DNA of 38,244 bases from Octopus sinensis (lineage: Eukaryota): NCBI RefSeq assembly GCF_006345805.1, contig NW_021835833.1, positions 1 to 38,244 on the forward strand. The letters are read 5' to 3'. The notes below the pieces were generated by a model. The model did not search any database. It was not told the origin of the DNA and saw only the letters and a program-made list of their open reading frames with translations. Shown in pieces: positions 35,632 through 38,244 of the stretch (positions are counted from its first letter, which is position 1; every line of letters begins with the position of its first letter). Position numbers and translations under genes: made by a program.

Positions 35632-36011
35632 TATATGTTGTTACCGTATTGTGTTGTTCAGAATGTTTTGGGATTGCTTTCACAAACATGTATCTGAGCG
35701 AAGCTGTTAAATCTGTTTGAGCTGATATGTTTTTGTATTAAACAATCCAGCGTGTGCTGCTGAGTTTGTCCATTATGTACCTTGCATTTAATCCTCTAGG
35801 GTTTTTATTTTTCAAGAATAATTATATATTGTTATCTAGGTTATTTCATTCGCTTCTCCTGGAAGAATATTCATTCTCTACTTTAATTTACATTTCTGGT
35901 TATTTATTTTAAGTTGGTATCTTCTGTCATATTGCATGATCAATACTGCATAATCGATTGAAGTAAGCACGGAAACGCTTTACAGATTGATGAGACCATA
36001 TTTCTGTTAAA

Positions 36012-36255
36012 AGGCGGCGAGGGGCTGGCAGAGTGGTTAGCACGCCGGGCGAAATGCGTAGCCGTATTTCGTCTGCCGTCACATTCTGAGTTCAAATTCT
36101 GCCGAGGTCGACTTTGCCTTTCATCCTTTCGGGGTCGATAAATTAAGAAATTAAGTACCAGCTACCCACTGGGGTCGATATAATCGACTTAATCCCTTTG
36201 TCTGTCCTTGTTTGTCTCCTCTGTGTTTAGCCCCTTGTGTGTAGTAAAGAAATAT
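36012..36255 (+). mobile_element. SINE family B monomer with TSD
   Basis: TSD atatttctgtt at 35998-36008 and 36256-36266. Confidence 0.92.
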
Positions 36256-36819
36256 ATATTTCTGTTGAAAAACACTGACTTGACGTCAATTAATAATGAT
36301 AATAAGGAAGAATTTAATACAATAACTTTTCCATTACTAAGCTGGGTTTGTGAAATAAATTAACATGAATTTTGGATGGAAGTTTTTAGTTTGGATAACT
36401 TTAACGGTTTCGTTGTTGAAATACACAAGTTTTCTTACAATTACTTTCGAAAATAATGAGGAGCTTTCTAAAACATTTTGGTCGTTATTAAACTGGGATT
36501 TGGGAACATTAAATTACGTTGAAATTCTGTGAGAATGTTTTAATTCAGATCTCTTGATGTCAGAAAGCTTGTTATCGTATATTATATCTAGCACTGGATT
36601 AACCATTAAGCAAAAATAAGCATGTGCTTAGGACATCAAGCGACGGGTGTAGAGTGGCGGCACCACAGAAATAGTAAATGGTTTACGGCACACAAGAAAT
36701 CTTTTTAAATTTGTTAAAATGATATTTGGGATGCCTTATCTCTACAAAGTTTAGAAGCAGATGTGTTACATCAGATTAACTGGATCTAACTAAACACGTG
36801 ACAACAGCTGTTCGACAAA

Positions 36820-37270
36820 GCTCTACATGTCAGTAATGCCCGGATACTGGATGAGAGTATGCAGGACGGTTTCATCAACCTCCACACACTTCGGACAGGT
36901 CCGTCTGACAGCACTTCCATGTCTGTAGAGCTTGTCTCGAACCGGCAGAGCTCCTCGGTAGAACTGGTAGGCCAGGACTTTCTGGAAGTTATCCATAGGT
37001 CCTAACCCGAAAGTCCTCCAGAAAAGACCAGTTATTTGATCCCTCTTGATATCCAGAGTTTCCCTGCGTGCGTCGTTGCTCTTTACCTCCACTAATCCGC
37101 TATAGAACTCCAGAAGACCGTGAGCGCTTGCTAACACTCCACGTACCAAGTGCTCTTTCTTGGTCTGTGCTTGACCCAGGGCTGTAACTCCATCAACGAG
37201 ACGAGCTGCGGAAAGTCCCATTTGATGAACGGCTATAACACCCGCTCATCGTTAAGGAAACGCTGGAGAT
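36820..37270 (-). mobile_element. Tx1/L1-like LINE ORF2 C-terminal (zf-RVT-like) fragment
   Basis: LFWRTFG..NFQKVLAYQFYRGALPVRDKLYRHG..TCPKC..DETVLHTL follows the LP....L..C..C..ET..H zinc-binding motif. Confidence 0.85.
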
Positions 37271-37278
37271 GTCGCAGC

Positions 37279-37474
37279 CGAAGAAGAAGGAGAAGAAGAA
37301 GAAGAAGAAGAAGAAGTAGAAGAAGAAGAAGAAGAAGGAGAAGAAGAAGAAGTAGAAGAAGAAGTAGAAGAAGAAGAAGAAGAAGAAGAAGAAGAAGAAG
37401 AAGAAGAAGAAGAAGAAGAAGAAGAAGAAGAAGAAGAAGAAGAAGAAGAAGAAGAAGAAGAAGAAGAAGAAGAA
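37279..37474. repeat. (GAA)n microsatellite, ~65 units
   Basis: Directly visible. Confidence 0.97.
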
Positions 37475-38244
37475 AGTTTTGTGTCTCTAACCATTTGATA
37501 AATATTATAGAATCATAAATAAATTTGAAACATCCCCAGCTAGAAGTCACCACTCTGCGAATAATTCCTTCTGCTTACTTGCTTGGCCAGACAAAAATAT
37601 TAATTAAACCGCTTTCATCTCAATCACTGCATTTAGAACTCTACACTTGAATCATAACTCTACTCGATATGAATACAAACTCCTCAGAGAGATTTCCAGG
37701 GAATAGAAATTGAGAAATATATTGGGTTTTTATCTGAAACTTAAGAGAATCTGACGGTTGATTCAGCAGAAAGAGATCCAGTAAACCAACTGACCAATGG
37801 CCACGCAGAGATGTGACCCTTGTGACAGAGAGTGCCACTCATACACCAGTCTTTTCACTCACTAGTGATGCTATAGCAAGCAAACAAAACCTGACACAAC
37901 GAAGATAAAATCCATGATCATTCATGAGTGAAGGAGACAAAAGAATAATCTAGTGCGCTGATTTTTCTAGTCTCGTTTCCATTTGACTCTTGCTCCTTCT
38001 ATGTTCAAGCGATACCTCATTTTTATTATCTAACTCGCTTCCGTTTACCATCTCTCCATCTGATGACCCAGGAAATTCTAGTTTGGATCATCTTATATTA
38101 TTCAGCGCAAAGCGCTATGCATTATCGGAAGATTTTTACCTTAAAGACACGGAGGACATATCACGCTTATTTATATTTAAGGTTCCTCTTGACACTCTTC
38201 ACCAAATGTTTGAATATGTATGATGGTTGTAGCGGTAGTAGTGG

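Noticed and set aside
36591-36760. Possible hAT-like terminal sequence (ggattaaccattaagca..tgcttagg)
   Set aside because: No partner TIR or TSD identified; too weak to call.
38060-38090. CTGATGA-cccag-GAAA
   Set aside because: Stem II is only 1 bp and stem I is out of register.
1-38244. CRISPR arrays, rRNA or prokaryotic operons
   Set aside because: No repeat-spacer structure or rRNA motifs; the sequence is eukaryotic repeat-rich DNA.

Overview
AT-rich, microsatellite-dense animal DNA. The SINE, LINE and Penelope repertoire points to an octopus (coleoid cephalopod) genome; this is an inference from recalled repeat families. Most ORF-track entries are translations of simple repeats and are not genes. 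The window is a patchwork of three tRNA-derived SINE families, decayed LINEs (Tx1/L1-like, R4/Dong-like, RTE-like), Penelope-like element (PLE) fragments including a GIY-YIG domain, a dead mariner transposase, and possible Helitron and hAT ends. No intact long gene was found. Three signals are not explained by the ORF track. (1) A series of minimal type I hammerhead ribozyme motifs: one inside a long inverted repeat (2606-2867), one near-canonical (9053-9103), one with a long stem II (25292-25381), and one apparently split by a SINE. (2) An isolated ~290-nt GC-rich, hairpin-rich segment (30518-30808) with an upstream octamer and TATA-like motif and a T6 end, a candidate Pol III ncRNA, possibly 7SK-like. 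(3) A spliced minus-strand 49-codon smORF (20093-19789) with canonical splice sites, downstream of a CCAAT-containing promoter-like block. All folding and translation was done by eye; no database search was run.
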